Counted from the stretch's first letter, positions 40,092 through 50,582 are shown. The stretch: DNA of 64,000 nucleotides from Patescibacteria group bacterium (GCA_042571085.1 JBHPGB010000003.1:6261-70260); one strand, 5' to 3'. The notes: generated by a model not told the origin, from the letters alone. Translations and numbers: made by a program.

Positions 40092-40381
40092 ACGTTCTCC
40101 CAATATCCAATGTTGTTTAAATTGTACTTTCCGGTGTCAATAATACTTCATAATGAGCCATTCGTCAAGTGTGTTTATCCATAAAACAGACTGTATTTTT
40201 TCAGCTCATTTTTTGATTCTGTGCAATCAGGCAAAATACATTCTACTAAGGCCCAAAAATTGCGTGAATGATTCATTTCTATCAAATGATACAATTCATG
40301 TACGATTATATAGTCTTGTAATTTTTATAAAAAAACCGGCCATGTGGCCGGCTTTACTAGTTTATAGGTTGTGAGTGAAAT

Positions 40382-40660
40382 TCAGCTGAGTTCAGGTCTT
40401 GTGACATCCCAAGAGTCGATGTAAAGCTTGTCCTCATGTTGGTCAACCTCAAACGGAACACACTCCACAAGGTCCATGTTGATATCCTGCGAACATTTAA
40501 TAAGGTACTTTGATATCTCATCAGCCTCTTCAGGGGACGCTGCTTTAATACAAACCTGGATTTGGTCTATGTTAGTTGCCCGGGTTATTAGGGCGACCAG
40601 TGAATTTTGGGCTGTGTATAAAATGCTATGATATTGCGCTTTAAGCTCTCTTGCATTCAT
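40382..40660 (-). CDS. Orphan protein (92 aa)
   Basis: TTGACA-17-TAGAAT, AGGAG SD, terminator 40335-40351. Confidence 0.65.
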   Translation of the reverse strand: MNARELKAQYHSILYTAQNSLVALITRATNIDQIQVCIKAASPEEADEISKYLIKCSQDINMDLVECVPFEVDQHEDKLYIDSWDVTRPELS

Positions 40661-40738
40661 CGCATACTCCTGATAGTTAGTTTAATTTAATCAAATTTCC
40701 ACTGTGATTCTACAAAACTAACTAGATATTGTCAATGT

Positions 40739-41725
40739 CTAGTCAAATATATAAAGTAGATATTCATCTAGCTCACGTTGAGAGAGGTCGTGGAAATGCT
40801 TCTCTTGATCATGAAGATCAGTGGCGAGTTTTATACCTACAAAACGCCAGTGCCACGGCTCAAATATGTAGTGTCCGTTTTTTTCTGGATAAGAAAGTGT
40901 AAAGCCAAATTTATGAGCATGCTCTTGCATCCATGTGTACGCTGCTGTATTTTCAAATCCGTCTAATCGCCCACCGAGACCTGTTGTAATAAAGTCGAGA
41001 GTTGTGCCTAATTGGTGTTCGGAATATCCTTGGTCTGCAGAGAATTGGTTTGCTGTGCCGGCACCATATGTAATCGTATAGTTTGATTTTAAGGTCTGCT
41101 GCTCTTCAAACGATCGGTATCCTGAAAGTATGTAGAGAACTACACCATCTCGCCCTGATGCAAGAAGGAGTCCTTGTAGGTATGGCCATACATGGGCATG
41201 CACAGAAACATCTCTCTCTTCGTAATATTTATACAGATTAGGGATAGGAAATACTTGTGGTGGTTCATAATTCTCATTTAAGAAAAATACTTTTGAGTAT
41301 TTTTGCAGAAGCTCTGGATCAAGGGTGGTTAATTTTTCAAGTGTGTCAACGGTGATATTTAACTCACCTATCTCCCTTTCTTTTAGTGCGACATTTTCTT
41401 TTTCTTGCACAAGGTGTGCGGTTGTTATTTTTAAGTTTGTTTGATATTTTGCGAGCTCTTTCTCGGTTTTTTTGAGGGTGATGTTTGTTCTGGTGTATCC
41501 TGCGCTTAAGATATTTTTTTCTTCTACCGTCGCCTGGTGTTCCTCTGAAAGTACGCTGTATTGATATGTCAGATTTCCAACACCAACACCAGTGCCGAGT
41601 AGCGCAACAAGTGTAAACAAATGTAACCAGTTTTTATTTATGAATACTCGCATATTAAACTCCCTCACTTCTTCCATAAGCTGAGCATATGATTTCCAAA
41701 TCTTTTCAAATATAGATTTTCTCAC
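40739..41725 (-). CDS. M15B (VanY-like) carboxypeptidase with TM and coiled coil
   Basis: SGYRS, GYSEHQLG, EPWHWRFVG. Confidence 0.9.
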   Translation of the reverse strand: MRKSIFEKIWKSYAQLMEEVREFNMRVFINKNWLHLFTLVALLGTGVGVGNLTYQYSVLSEEHQATVEEKNILSAGYTRTNITLKKTEKELAKYQTNLKITTAHLVQEKENVALKEREIGELNITVDTLEKLTTLDPELLQKYSKVFFLNENYEPPQVFPIPNLYKYYEERDVSVHAHVWPYLQGLLLASGRDGVVLYILSGYRSFEEQQTLKSNYTITYGAGTANQFSADQGYSEHQLGTTLDFITTGLGGRLDGFENTAAYTWMQEHAHKFGFTLSYPEKNGHYIFEPWHWRFVGIKLATDLHDQEKHFHDLSQRELDEYLLYIFD

Positions 41726-41813
41726 TCGTTTATTATAACAGATAATAAAAAACGGTTAACTTAAATCTCTTGCTCATTGCCAATAAATACCCTATACTAC
41801 ATACAAATTTCAT

Positions 41814-41885
41814 GGCCCTATCGTCTAACGGCTAGGACACAGGATTCTCATTCCTGCAATCGGGGTTCGATTCCCCGTAGGGTCA
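41814..41885 (+). tRNA. tRNA-Glu(CTC)
   Basis: GGCCCTA/TAGGGTC acceptor stem, CAGGA-TTCTCAT-TCCTG anticodon arm, GGTTCGATTCC T arm; full CCA not encoded; terminator 41894-41926. Confidence 0.95.
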
Positions 41886-42019
41886 CCGACAAATCTAAAA
41901 ACCGCCTCCTCGGCGGTTTTTAGATTTTCAAGTGGTCATGTCAAGTAATTATTTGATATATCAAATCATGTGTTGTACAATCGAAACAGCTTAACAGAAC
42001 CTTGCTAAGGAGGTATATT

Positions 42020-42469
42020 GTGAGCAAATTGCACTTGTGGTTTTGTGGTCTGTTATTAATTATGTTTTTGCCAGCTACAGGAATGGCGGCGAACATGTTT
42101 TGTCTCAAAAATAATCCTGAAGGAGCACCTCCTGTTTTTATTCTAAGAAATTTGCCCTATATTATGTATCCCCCCGCTTTTGAAAATGATTATTATGCGT
42201 GTTCATGGAGTATATATGACTTAAAAGAAAGGATACACTCTGAAATTAAAAGAAAGCAGGAATCAAGGAGTGGTAGGTTTGAAGCGGCTCTTGCATTTGC
42301 TCTTGGAGAAGAGTTTGTTACAAATGGTGCGTTTACATCAGATTCAGACAGGATATTGGCACGGCAATATTTAACACACGCCAAAGTCCTGGCTTTGGAA
42401 TATGAGCCATTGCTGGTTAAAAAAATCGAGAGTGCAATCAGTAGATTGTCTACGTATACAGATAGATGA
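42020..42469 (+). CDS. Secreted orphan protein
   Basis: TTGATA-17-TACAAT, AAGGAGG SD, GTG start, signal peptide. Confidence 0.65.
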   Translation: MSKLHLWFCGLLLIMFLPATGMAANMFCLKNNPEGAPPVFILRNLPYIMYPPAFENDYYACSWSIYDLKERIHSEIKRKQESRSGRFEAALAFALGEEFVTNGAFTSDSDRILARQYLTHAKVLALEYEPLLVKKIESAISRLSTYTDR

Positions 42470-42519
42470 TTAAAGAAATTTGCCTCACTAAAAAACGGAC
42501 ACTGTTGTGTCCGTTTTTT

Positions 42520-42840
42520 TTATTTTATTGCCGTGATCTTTACTTTTGCGAATGGTTGTCGGTGACCCAGCTTCTTTGAGTAGTTACTTTTTGATTTGAA
42601 TTTTATGATAGTAACTTTCTTATCTCGCCCTTCTTCTTCAAGGACCGCTTCTACTTTTGCTCCTGAAACGTGCGGTGTGCCGATCTTAGTATCTTTTCCA
42701 TCATCAACAAGAAGTACTTCATTAAAAGTAATTTTGGCTCCTACTTTATGTTCCTCTTTCAATTTCTCGATTTTAAGAGTATCACCTTCGGAAACCTTAT
42801 ATTGTTTTCCGCCTGTTTGTATTACTGCTATCTTTGTCAT
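42520..42840 (-). CDS. rplU: 50S ribosomal protein L21
   Basis: AVIQTGGKQYKV, GHRQ. Confidence 0.98.
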   Translation of the reverse strand: MTKIAVIQTGGKQYKVSEGDTLKIEKLKEEHKVGAKITFNEVLLVDDGKDTKIGTPHVSGAKVEAVLEEEGRDKKVTIIKFKSKSNYSKKLGHRQPFAKVKITAIK

Positions 42841-42903
42841 AATGCGTCATATATTACACGAATTTTGTGAATAATCAACCCCTCCACAGTCATTTTAAGT
42901 CAC

Positions 42904-42936
42904 ATTAATTGGCTCAACTGTGCTGAGCCAATTAAT
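42904..42936. repeat. GGCTCAAC-family palindrome, copy 3
   Basis: ATTAATTGGCTCA...TGAGCCAATTAAT; compensatory change relative to copy 1. Confidence 0.65.
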
Positions 42937-42965
42937 ATGGCTTAAAATATAGATATTTTTGAATT

Positions 42966-43155
42966 AAAAAGCCCCTCTCACATCCTGTGGAGGGGCCGCG
43001 CCGCTTTTATATGAGAGAACACCTTGTCGGGGAGTGAACCTCCCATTTAAGTGGCGATGAGGGTTTGGGTGTGATGGCTGGCACTCAAGATCCCTCGTGT
43101 GTCAGCACGATCTATCGCGATGGGCGGCCGCGGAGAGATCGTGGATTAACAATCC
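42966..43155 (-). ncRNA. ~190-nt structured RNA, 6S RNA-like candidate
   Basis: TTGAAT-16-TATTAT promoter; GC-rich non-coding body; GCCCCUC/GAGGGGC-U5 terminator; possible rod fold with a central bubble. Confidence 0.6.
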
Positions 43156-43251
43156 ATTGTATAATATCCATATCCAAGACTGATTCAAGCCTTATCTTAC
43201 CATCCTTGTTTCGGGCGCAGGTGAATCCGTGTACTTTATCTGCATTGAATT

Positions 43252-44352
43252 TTAATCTTTCTCACTTGGTTTGTCAATTGCGATTGGTTCAAATTCTGTA
43301 CTTTCGCCTGTGATTTTAAGCATGTCTTTGTCTATCTTACCCAATTCTTTCTGCGCTTTGTCATAATGATTCACTGTTGTAGAAAGAGATTTGCCCACTT
43401 TCTCGAAATATTCATCATATGCCTTAAGGTGCTTTGTGAGTTGTCCGACTTGCTTCCCTATTTGCTTTGCAGACTCCTCAATTTTAAAGGCTTTGAAACC
43501 ATAAAGTACTGATTGGAGATATGCGGAAAATGTCGTCGGGGAAACAATGATTACATTTTTTTCATTGTATGCGTAATCAATGAGAGAGCGCGTGTTAACT
43601 TTAATCGCCCCAACCTCATTTACAATCAAATCATAATAAATACCTTCTGCAGGAATAAACATGAATGCGAACGGAAGTGTGTTTTCTTTCGGACGAATAT
43701 ATTTTGCGGTTTCATCTATGCGCTTTTTTAGATCATTTCTGAATTCTTTTTCAAGTATTGTTTTTTTGTCTTCGTCTGTTTCATTAATAATTCTATTGTA
43801 ATTATCAAGTGAGAATTTTGCGTCCACTGGGATAATTCCTTCTTTTGTTATTATTACAGCATCGACTTGATCACCCCCTTCAAAAAGATATTGCATTTTG
43901 TATGCATCTGGTGGAAGTATATTTTCAAGTGATAATTTTAAACTAGCTTCACCTAAATTACCGCGTTGTTTTTGGTGTTTTAAAACTTTTTCAAGATTAC
44001 TCAGCTGGTCTGCAATTGTAAAAACCTGCTTGCTACTCTCCCCAACCTCAGCAACTTCCTTTTTGACATTTATTAATTGCTCGGTCACCTGTTTATTAAT
44101 ATCTTGTACTAGCTTTTGTGACTCTGAGAATTGTGATTTTACAGCAGATTGCATTTCTTTTTGCGATTCACCAAGTTTTGAGTCCATACTGCGTGCCAAA
44201 TTTTCCAATTGGTTTTGGAGCAACATGAAGCTTTGGTCGTTCTCGTTTCCTTTAGGTTCTTCTTTTTTATTTAACACTCTCCAAAAAGCGATTCCGCCGA
44301 TAATAACGACTGCGAATAGTACCAATATTAATATCAAAAGTAATTGTTCCAT
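43252..44352 (-). CDS. rmuC: DNA recombination protein RmuC
   Basis: TM plus coiled coil, RGNLGE, PVDAKF, MFIPAEG, VSPTT. Confidence 0.92.
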   Translation of the reverse strand: MEQLLLILILVLFAVVIIGGIAFWRVLNKKEEPKGNENDQSFMLLQNQLENLARSMDSKLGESQKEMQSAVKSQFSESQKLVQDINKQVTEQLINVKKEVAEVGESSKQVFTIADQLSNLEKVLKHQKQRGNLGEASLKLSLENILPPDAYKMQYLFEGGDQVDAVIITKEGIIPVDAKFSLDNYNRIINETDEDKKTILEKEFRNDLKKRIDETAKYIRPKENTLPFAFMFIPAEGIYYDLIVNEVGAIKVNTRSLIDYAYNEKNVIIVSPTTFSAYLQSVLYGFKAFKIEESAKQIGKQVGQLTKHLKAYDEYFEKVGKSLSTTVNHYDKAQKELGKIDKDMLKITGESTEFEPIAIDKPSEKD

Positions 44353-44444
44353 GCGTGAATTATAGCGTGCTTGCGCCTTTTGACCAAATAAATTACCCTG
44401 CTGCAAGCAGACGGGGTTTTTCCAAGCACGACAATAAAAATATA

Positions 44445-47120
44445 CTAATTTTTCACTGATTTTCTTTCAAAATAGAAGTATTTCACAATTTCAATAATAA
44501 ACACATTTAGTAGTCCGACCAGTAGAACAAATAGCAGGTCTAAAGCTGAGACCGGTGTTAGTGATAGAAGCTTACGCAATATAGGCACAAACACAGCGAG
44601 TAATAGTGCTGCGAAGCTTGTGATAAGGGCAAATATTAAATATTTATTACTAAATATATTTATCCTCCAAAGGGGTTTGTGTAAATCTTTTAATGATAGT
44701 GAGAAGAATATTGAGTCGACTGAAAGGACCATAAACATAAGCGTGCGAATTTTTTCAATAGGTAGATTTGTATTAAGAAGTATGAAATAGATAGCAGTTA
44801 GAAGTATGCCAGTCACTAGGCTCAAAATTAATATAAGGGAACGGAGTTTTGGGGTGAGGATATTTCTCATTTTTGATGAGGATGGATCGCGCTTCATAAC
44901 ATCAGATTCTGCTGGCTCAAATGCAAATGAAAAATTCATAAACCCTTCCTCAACAATATTTGTCCACAAAATTTGTGCTGGTAGGATCGGTAGTGGAGCA
45001 CCAGCAATTAGCGCACCACCCACTACAAATATCTCACTAAAACTCGTTGATAATAAATATGCAACAATTTTTTTCAGGTTATCAAGTATGCGCCTCCCCT
45101 CTTCAATAGCTTTTACAATTACAGTAAAACTATTATCTAGAAGAATCATATCTGAAGCTTCTTTCGCCACTTCTGTACCAGAACCGAGCGCTACACCAAT
45201 ATCTGCTCTACGAAGCGCTGGCGCATCATTAACACCGTCTCCAGTCATTGCTACTACCTCGTCTGCATCTTTGAGTACTTTTACAATGCGCATTTTTTGA
45301 TCTGGTAATACGCGAGCAAAAATACGTACCTTATTGAGTGCATTGAGTAATTCTGCATTAGTATATTCAGCTATATCCGTTCCCGTGAGTACTTGTCCGC
45401 TTACTGGTGCAATACCGGCTTCCACAGCGATGCGATGTGCTGTATTTTCATTATCTCCCGTAACCATAATAACGCGTGCCCCAGCCTTGCGTGCTTTGCT
45501 AATTGATTTCGCAACATCTGGACGCAATGGATCATGGATTACAATAAATCCACCAAACACAATGTCGGTAAAGAGCGTGGACACATCATCACGCATTTCT
45601 TGAGTAAATTTTTCTAAATCAGTTTCTCTGTATGCAATTGCAATAAGGCGCATTCCTTGGCTTGCTTTTTCACTTAGCGTGTCCCCTAGCTCCTTCTTTG
45701 CTTTTTCTGAAAGTTTTACTTTTTTACCATCTTTATAAACATACGTGGAATGTTCAAGCAATAATTCTGGTGAGCCAGAAAAATACATCCTTTGTTTTTT
45801 ACGACTTTCTATATAATTTAGTGATACAGTGAGACGCTTTGCTGATTCAAAAGGTATTGAATCAAATTCAGGATATTCAGCAACCAAAGTATCTCGATTT
45901 AATCCTGACCCAATTCCAGCAAGTAAAATCGCTCGTTCCACTGGCCTACCACGAACAACCCACTCTGATAGCGCATCATCATACCCTTCCACAAATGCAT
46001 CTGATGTAAGCATGGCCATAGCTAATACATCGCGCTCATCAGAGCCGTGTATGAGCGACTCAGTATCAGTACCCTCTTTTTCTTTTTGGATTGAAGAAAG
46101 TGTTAAGATTGCGGCCACGCGCATTTTTGCTTTTGTGAGTGTGCCTGTTTTATCGGTAAGAATTACAGTAGTGGAGCCGAGTGTTTCCGCAGCCAACAAG
46201 TTGCGCACCAATCCTTTTTTCTTGAGTATTGATTCCATTCCAAGCGCCAGGACTACTGTTACTGCCGCAGGCAAACCTTCTGGCATTGCGGCAACAGCAA
46301 TCGCGATTGCAACAAGTAACATATCGTGCGCGGACTGTCCCTGTATCAAACCAATCACAAGGATAAACACAAGAGCAAAAAGAATTACAATGGTAAGATA
46401 TGCCGCTAATTTACGGATACTTTTTTGTAGAGGCGTAATATCTTCTTTGCTACTCAATTCTTTTGCAATTAGTCCAACTTTAGTATCGTCGCCTGTCGCG
46501 ACTACAACAGCTCGCACAAAACCACCAGTTGCGATTGTACCCATCCAGATCATATTTGACTGGTCTGTCATTGGTGCTTTTTTATCGATCTCTCCTGGTT
46601 CTTTGGAAATCTCAGCCCATTCACCTGTTAGGGCAGATTCATTCACAGCAAAGCTGGAAGAGGTAATTACTCGTGCATCAGCTGGTACGAATGAACCAGC
46701 TTCTACAATAACGATATCTCCAACAACTAGGTTCTCAGATAAAATTAGTGTTTTTTTACCGTCTCTCAATACCGTTGTATATTTTTGTTGAGATTTCTTG
46801 AGTTTTTCAAATGCGCTGTCTGCCCTTTTTTCTTGCACGACACCAATTACCATATTAATTAAAAGTGCTATAGCAATAACGATCGCATCAAGATATTCAT
46901 GTAAAAATAGCGTAGCCAAACCTGTCAGAACAAGCACAAAAACCAGAGGGCTTTTGATTTGTGTGAAAAAAATATCGAGGAAAACTTTTCTATCTTCCTC
47001 GGTAAAAATATTTGGCCCTTGTATAGCAAGCCTGCTCCTAGCTTCTTCTTGTGATAAGCCACTTTGCAGATCTGTTTTGAGCTTTTGTTTTATTTCTGTA
47101 AGAGGTGTTGAGTGCCACAT
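44445..47120 (-). CDS. P-type cation-transporting ATPase (type IIA, Ca2+-like)
   Basis: LTGE, PEGL, DKTGTLT, TGDN, GDGVND. Confidence 0.95.
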   Translation of the reverse strand: MWHSTPLTEIKQKLKTDLQSGLSQEEARSRLAIQGPNIFTEEDRKVFLDIFFTQIKSPLVFVLVLTGLATLFLHEYLDAIVIAIALLINMVIGVVQEKRADSAFEKLKKSQQKYTTVLRDGKKTLILSENLVVGDIVIVEAGSFVPADARVITSSSFAVNESALTGEWAEISKEPGEIDKKAPMTDQSNMIWMGTIATGGFVRAVVVATGDDTKVGLIAKELSSKEDITPLQKSIRKLAAYLTIVILFALVFILVIGLIQGQSAHDMLLVAIAIAVAAMPEGLPAAVTVVLALGMESILKKKGLVRNLLAAETLGSTTVILTDKTGTLTKAKMRVAAILTLSSIQKEKEGTDTESLIHGSDERDVLAMAMLTSDAFVEGYDDALSEWVVRGRPVERAILLAGIGSGLNRDTLVAEYPEFDSIPFESAKRLTVSLNYIESRKKQRMYFSGSPELLLEHSTYVYKDGKKVKLSEKAKKELGDTLSEKASQGMRLIAIAYRETDLEKFTQEMRDDVSTLFTDIVFGGFIVIHDPLRPDVAKSISKARKAGARVIMVTGDNENTAHRIAVEAGIAPVSGQVLTGTDIAEYTNAELLNALNKVRIFARVLPDQKMRIVKVLKDADEVVAMTGDGVNDAPALRRADIGVALGSGTEVAKEASDMILLDNSFTVIVKAIEEGRRILDNLKKIVAYLLSTSFSEIFVVGGALIAGAPLPILPAQILWTNIVEEGFMNFSFAFEPAESDVMKRDPSSSKMRNILTPKLRSLILILSLVTGILLTAIYFILLNTNLPIEKIRTLMFMVLSVDSIFFSLSLKDLHKPLWRINIFSNKYLIFALITSFAALLLAVFVPILRKLLSLTPVSALDLLFVLLVGLLNVFIIEIVKYFYFERKSVKN

Positions 47121-47145
47121 TTCAATATCTTATATTAGAAAATTA

Positions 47146-47940
47146 CTATAAAAGTTTTGGCTGTTTTTCGTTTTTCGTTTTAGTGTGTGCTTCTAGGAGT
47201 TTTTTACCAGCAGCTTCTCGGTATCGACAGTAATCACAATCCTCAGTCGCTTCTGGAATCGCCCCATCGTCTAAATACCTCTTTATATCTAAAAGCGTTT
47301 CGTCAATCCAGTCAGCTTTTCCAACATATGGAATGAGGGTAACTTCAAACTCAAGACGCCCGTCAAAAGCTTTTACATCCTTGTCTGCATTTGCATACAC
47401 AAAATAGCCAGTGTCAGAAACTTTAAATCCATTTTGTCGCAAAAGCCACTGGTATATTTCCATTTGCCTTTTGTACCCGATATGCCAATCTTCATCTAGT
47501 GCATCTATCTTACCTTCTTTGCTGGTAGATTTATAATCAACAACAATCAATTCTCCTTGTGGATTCACCCACACATCATCAACTGCGCCAGAAATAGTAA
47601 AACCAGTTGGCTCATGATTACATGTAATGCCTTTGAAATTCTCTCGCCATTCGTCCATTTTGGGATGCTCAAATGGCACAGCATCAATTCCGTACTGCTC
47701 CATGATTGGGTGTTTGTCTCCATTAGCTCGGTGAACATCAAATTCTTTTTTAAATAGGTGGTCTACAGCGCTGTTTAGATTAAAGGGAAATCCTGGAGGA
47801 CGAGCTACGCCGAGCTTATTGTCAACGTAAAAACACCTCTTACAATTCATAAAGAGATCTATTTTTGAACGAGAAAGCCTCCAACGTTCCCCACCATAAT
47901 TCCAGTTTGGATTTCTGTTTGGTTTGTAGTAGTTAGACAT
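47146..47940 (-). CDS. PD-(D/E)XK nuclease family protein
   Basis: LSRSKI...CKRC, GAVDD, VVDYKST, QMEIYQ, CDYC. Confidence 0.85.
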   Translation of the reverse strand: MSNYYKPNRNPNWNYGGERWRLSRSKIDLFMNCKRCFYVDNKLGVARPPGFPFNLNSAVDHLFKKEFDVHRANGDKHPIMEQYGIDAVPFEHPKMDEWRENFKGITCNHEPTGFTISGAVDDVWVNPQGELIVVDYKSTSKEGKIDALDEDWHIGYKRQMEIYQWLLRQNGFKVSDTGYFVYANADKDVKAFDGRLEFEVTLIPYVGKADWIDETLLDIKRYLDDGAIPEATEDCDYCRYREAAGKKLLEAHTKTKNEKQPKLL

Positions 47941-48037
47941 GTGCTAATTGTAACACAGGGCTTATATATTGAGATATGTGTATAAAAAAAGAGGGTATCG
48001 TAATCCATTACGATACCCTCGTGGGTTTGTGCGGCTT

Positions 48038-48631
48038 TTAGGTTGCGGAAGAAATTACACGATTTCTACCAGACGTTTTTGCTTCGTACAGATTCTTGTC
48101 TGCTTTTTTGAAAAGCTCGTCTAGTGACAAGTTTCCACTTTTATCAACAAAAACTCCAGCGCTGATACCAACAGAATCATCATTCGGCAACAAGCAACAC
48201 TCATTTACCAGCCTGATAATCCTGTCCACCGCCCTGTTGGCAGTTTTAGCATCATGTATATCTGAGAGAATCATAGCAAACTCCTCTCCGCCCCAACGAA
48301 CCAATTCATCATTGGGGCGTTTCGAGTGCTTAAGCACGTTTGCAACGTCACAAAGGATTTCATCTCCGACATCATGTCCGTAGTCGTCATTCACCTGCTT
48401 GAAGTGATCTATGTCAAACACGACCATGGTTATTTCTTTTGGAAATGATTTGTTTCGTTTATTCATGCGGAGCAGAACATCGTGACAATGATCTATCCGA
48501 TGCCTATTCGCAAGTCCAGTTAATTTGTCATGATGAGCCCTTTTTTCCAGCCTTTTTACATGCGGGAAACAATCGAGAACCCAGTTGAGAAGTCTGTTAT
48601 CAAACAGAATGTTCAATAGTCTAATAAGCAT
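48038..48631 (-). CDS. Diguanylate cyclase (GGDEF)
   Basis: DKLTGLANR, DIDHFKQVND, RxxD I-site (RPND), GGEEF, AKTSGRN; GGAG SD. Confidence 0.92.
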   Translation of the reverse strand: MLIRLLNILFDNRLLNWVLDCFPHVKRLEKRAHHDKLTGLANRHRIDHCHDVLLRMNKRNKSFPKEITMVVFDIDHFKQVNDDYGHDVGDEILCDVANVLKHSKRPNDELVRWGGEEFAMILSDIHDAKTANRAVDRIIRLVNECCLLPNDDSVGISAGVFVDKSGNLSLDELFKKADKNLYEAKTSGRNRVISSAT

Positions 48632-48786
48632 TTTCACGTATCTCCAAAAGAAATGTTCAAATTCACTGGTATATTTATACACTATTTTGGTGTAAATGTC
48701 AATATTTTGTATATGTAAGTAGATGAAATGCCGTTTTTGCTTAGCAAAAACGGCATTTCATGTTGTATTTATTGGGTTTTTTAGGA

Positions 48787-49317
48787 CTATTTGATTCGAA
48801 TTGCAGAAAAGGTATATTTTACAACACCATTTGACCCTTCAACCAAAACATCTTTCTTGTGATCAAATTCTTTATCTCCGTCATCTTTATACATTACTAC
48901 GTGATATTTAGATCCTTCCGACGTGTTTCTAAGTAGGTCGATTTCTGCGTTTGTGTAATCCCCTACATCAAATCGACTTGCACCTAGTATGTTTCCTAGT
49001 TCACCACCGAGGTCTTCACGTACGGCAACCCATGTTGATGCACTGAATGAAGCTGAATCAAGAACAACTCGTAATCCTGCTGGTTGGCCACCGATTGTTA
49101 TTGTATTTATCCCGCTTGTGATAGTTGATGATGGATCTTGAAGATTGTCTCCAACCATATCATTTTTGTCACCAACTACTTCTTCAGTTTTTTTCTCGTC
49201 ATCAGATGATTGAAATGGTGCCGTGTCCCATACATAGTATGAACCAAATCCGACAATAAGACCTATGATAAATGCGATTATAAGATTTTTCTTTGTGTAA
49301 TATGCTGTTTCTGACAT
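48787..49317 (-). CDS. Membrane-anchored hypothetical protein
   Basis: N-terminal TM; YKDDGDKEFD motif. Confidence 0.75.
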   Translation of the reverse strand: MSETAYYTKKNLIIAFIIGLIVGFGSYYVWDTAPFQSSDDEKKTEEVVGDKNDMVGDNLQDPSSTITSGINTITIGGQPAGLRVVLDSASFSASTWVAVREDLGGELGNILGASRFDVGDYTNAEIDLLRNTSEGSKYHVVMYKDDGDKEFDHKKDVLVEGSNGVVKYTFSAIRIK

Positions 49318-49393
49318 GTTTTTTTAAGGGTTGTGCGCAAATACATTCCTCATTAATTTTTTTAATGGCTATATATTAGCACGATACATTTTA

Positions 49394-50467
49394 CTAAGCA
49401 ATAATTCCGCCTCCAATACAAACATCAGCCTCATAAAGAACCAAAGATTGCCCAGACGGAACATTTTGTGGATGTTCAAAAATAATGCTTGTTTTTTCAT
49501 CGTTTCTTGTAAGTATGCACTTTTCTGGTTGTTGCCTATAGCGTATTTGAGCATCATATTCTTTGCCTACTTTTGGTTTTCCAGATATCCAATTCATATT
49601 TTCTAGAAAGATTTCTTTTTTTGCGTATTCTCTTTCTGCGTATTCATGTGCAACTGTGATTGTGTTTTTTTTGATATTTTTTGCTACGACATAATATGGG
49701 AGGCTCTTATCCCCCTCTTTTCTAGTGTTAAATCCATGTCGTTGCCCAATGGTGAAAAATACCGCTCCGTCATGTGTGCCGATGATTTCACCTCTTTCAT
49801 TCAGCACATCCCCAGGCTTCTCCTCTATGTAGTGCTTTAGAAAGTCTTTCATTTCTACTTCACCGAGAAAACAAATTCCTTGGCTATCTTTTTTCTGCGC
49901 AGTCGGGAGTTTGAATTTTTCGGCAAATTTTCTAATTTCTGGCTTTTCATATTCACCAACAGGAAATAAGCAATTTTTTAGTTGCTTTTGATTTAGTGTC
50001 CACAAAAAATATGATTGATCTTTATTATCATCAATTCCGCGCAAAAGTTTGTATTTATTTTCTATTTTTTCCAAGCGTGTGTAATGTCCTGTTGCAACAT
50101 AATCAGCCCCCATTTCCAAAGCTTTTTTAAGAAATGCACCGAATTTGATTTCTTTGTTGCACATTACATCTGGATTTGGCACACGACCTTTTTTGTACTC
50201 AGTAATGAAGTAATCAGCAACATTCTTTTTGTATTCCTTACTTAAGTCAAAAGTTAAAAACGGGATATTCAAATGAGCCGCCACACGCATTGCGTCACGT
50301 CTCTCTTCGGGCCAGGTACAAGGTAGCCAGTCGGGCTGCCATGTTTTGATGAACACACCAGTTACATCATACCCATCTTTTTTAAGTAGTGTTGCAGCGA
50401 CAGAAGAATCAACTCCCCCGCTCATACCAACAAACACCTTCTTGTCTTTTTTAGTAAATACTTTCAT
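49394..50467 (-). CDS. mnmA: tRNA 2-thiouridylase
   Basis: GMSGGVDSS, PNPDVMCN, ATGHY, KDQSYFL, DSQGICF. Confidence 0.97.
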   Translation of the reverse strand: MKVFTKKDKKVFVGMSGGVDSSVAATLLKKDGYDVTGVFIKTWQPDWLPCTWPEERRDAMRVAAHLNIPFLTFDLSKEYKKNVADYFITEYKKGRVPNPDVMCNKEIKFGAFLKKALEMGADYVATGHYTRLEKIENKYKLLRGIDDNKDQSYFLWTLNQKQLKNCLFPVGEYEKPEIRKFAEKFKLPTAQKKDSQGICFLGEVEMKDFLKHYIEEKPGDVLNERGEIIGTHDGAVFFTIGQRHGFNTRKEGDKSLPYYVVAKNIKKNTITVAHEYAEREYAKKEIFLENMNWISGKPKVGKEYDAQIRYRQQPEKCILTRNDEKTSIIFEHPQNVPSGQSLVLYEADVCIGGGIIA

Positions 50468-50582
50468 TAGATGCAAGTATACTGTAATTTGACAAACAAG
50501 TAAAATGCGGTAGAATATGACTGGCTTTGCATTTGCAAAATCGTTCTTAAATTTAATTCTAACTTTATCGGGAGATTAAAGA

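Noticed and set aside
41814-42519. tRNA-Glu as the integration site of an island
   Set aside because: No integrase and no duplicated tRNA 3' end; only one orphan gene follows
42966-43155. RNase P RNA, tmRNA or SRP RNA
   Set aside because: Lacks the GAGGAAAGUC/P4 motif, tRNA-like ends with a tag ORF, and the SRP domain IV loop
43065-43313. 82-aa plus-strand ORF
   Set aside because: TTG start, overlaps the rmuC end and the ncRNA candidate on the opposite strand, no recognisable features
44806-46791. Long plus-strand ORFs (164 and 320 aa) and similar antisense ORFs elsewhere
   Set aside because: Shadows of well-conserved opposite-strand genes, with no motifs
48723-48761. Long perfect hairpins (also 3471 and 47990)
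   Set aside because: They sit directly after stop codons with T/A tracts; ordinary intrinsic terminators
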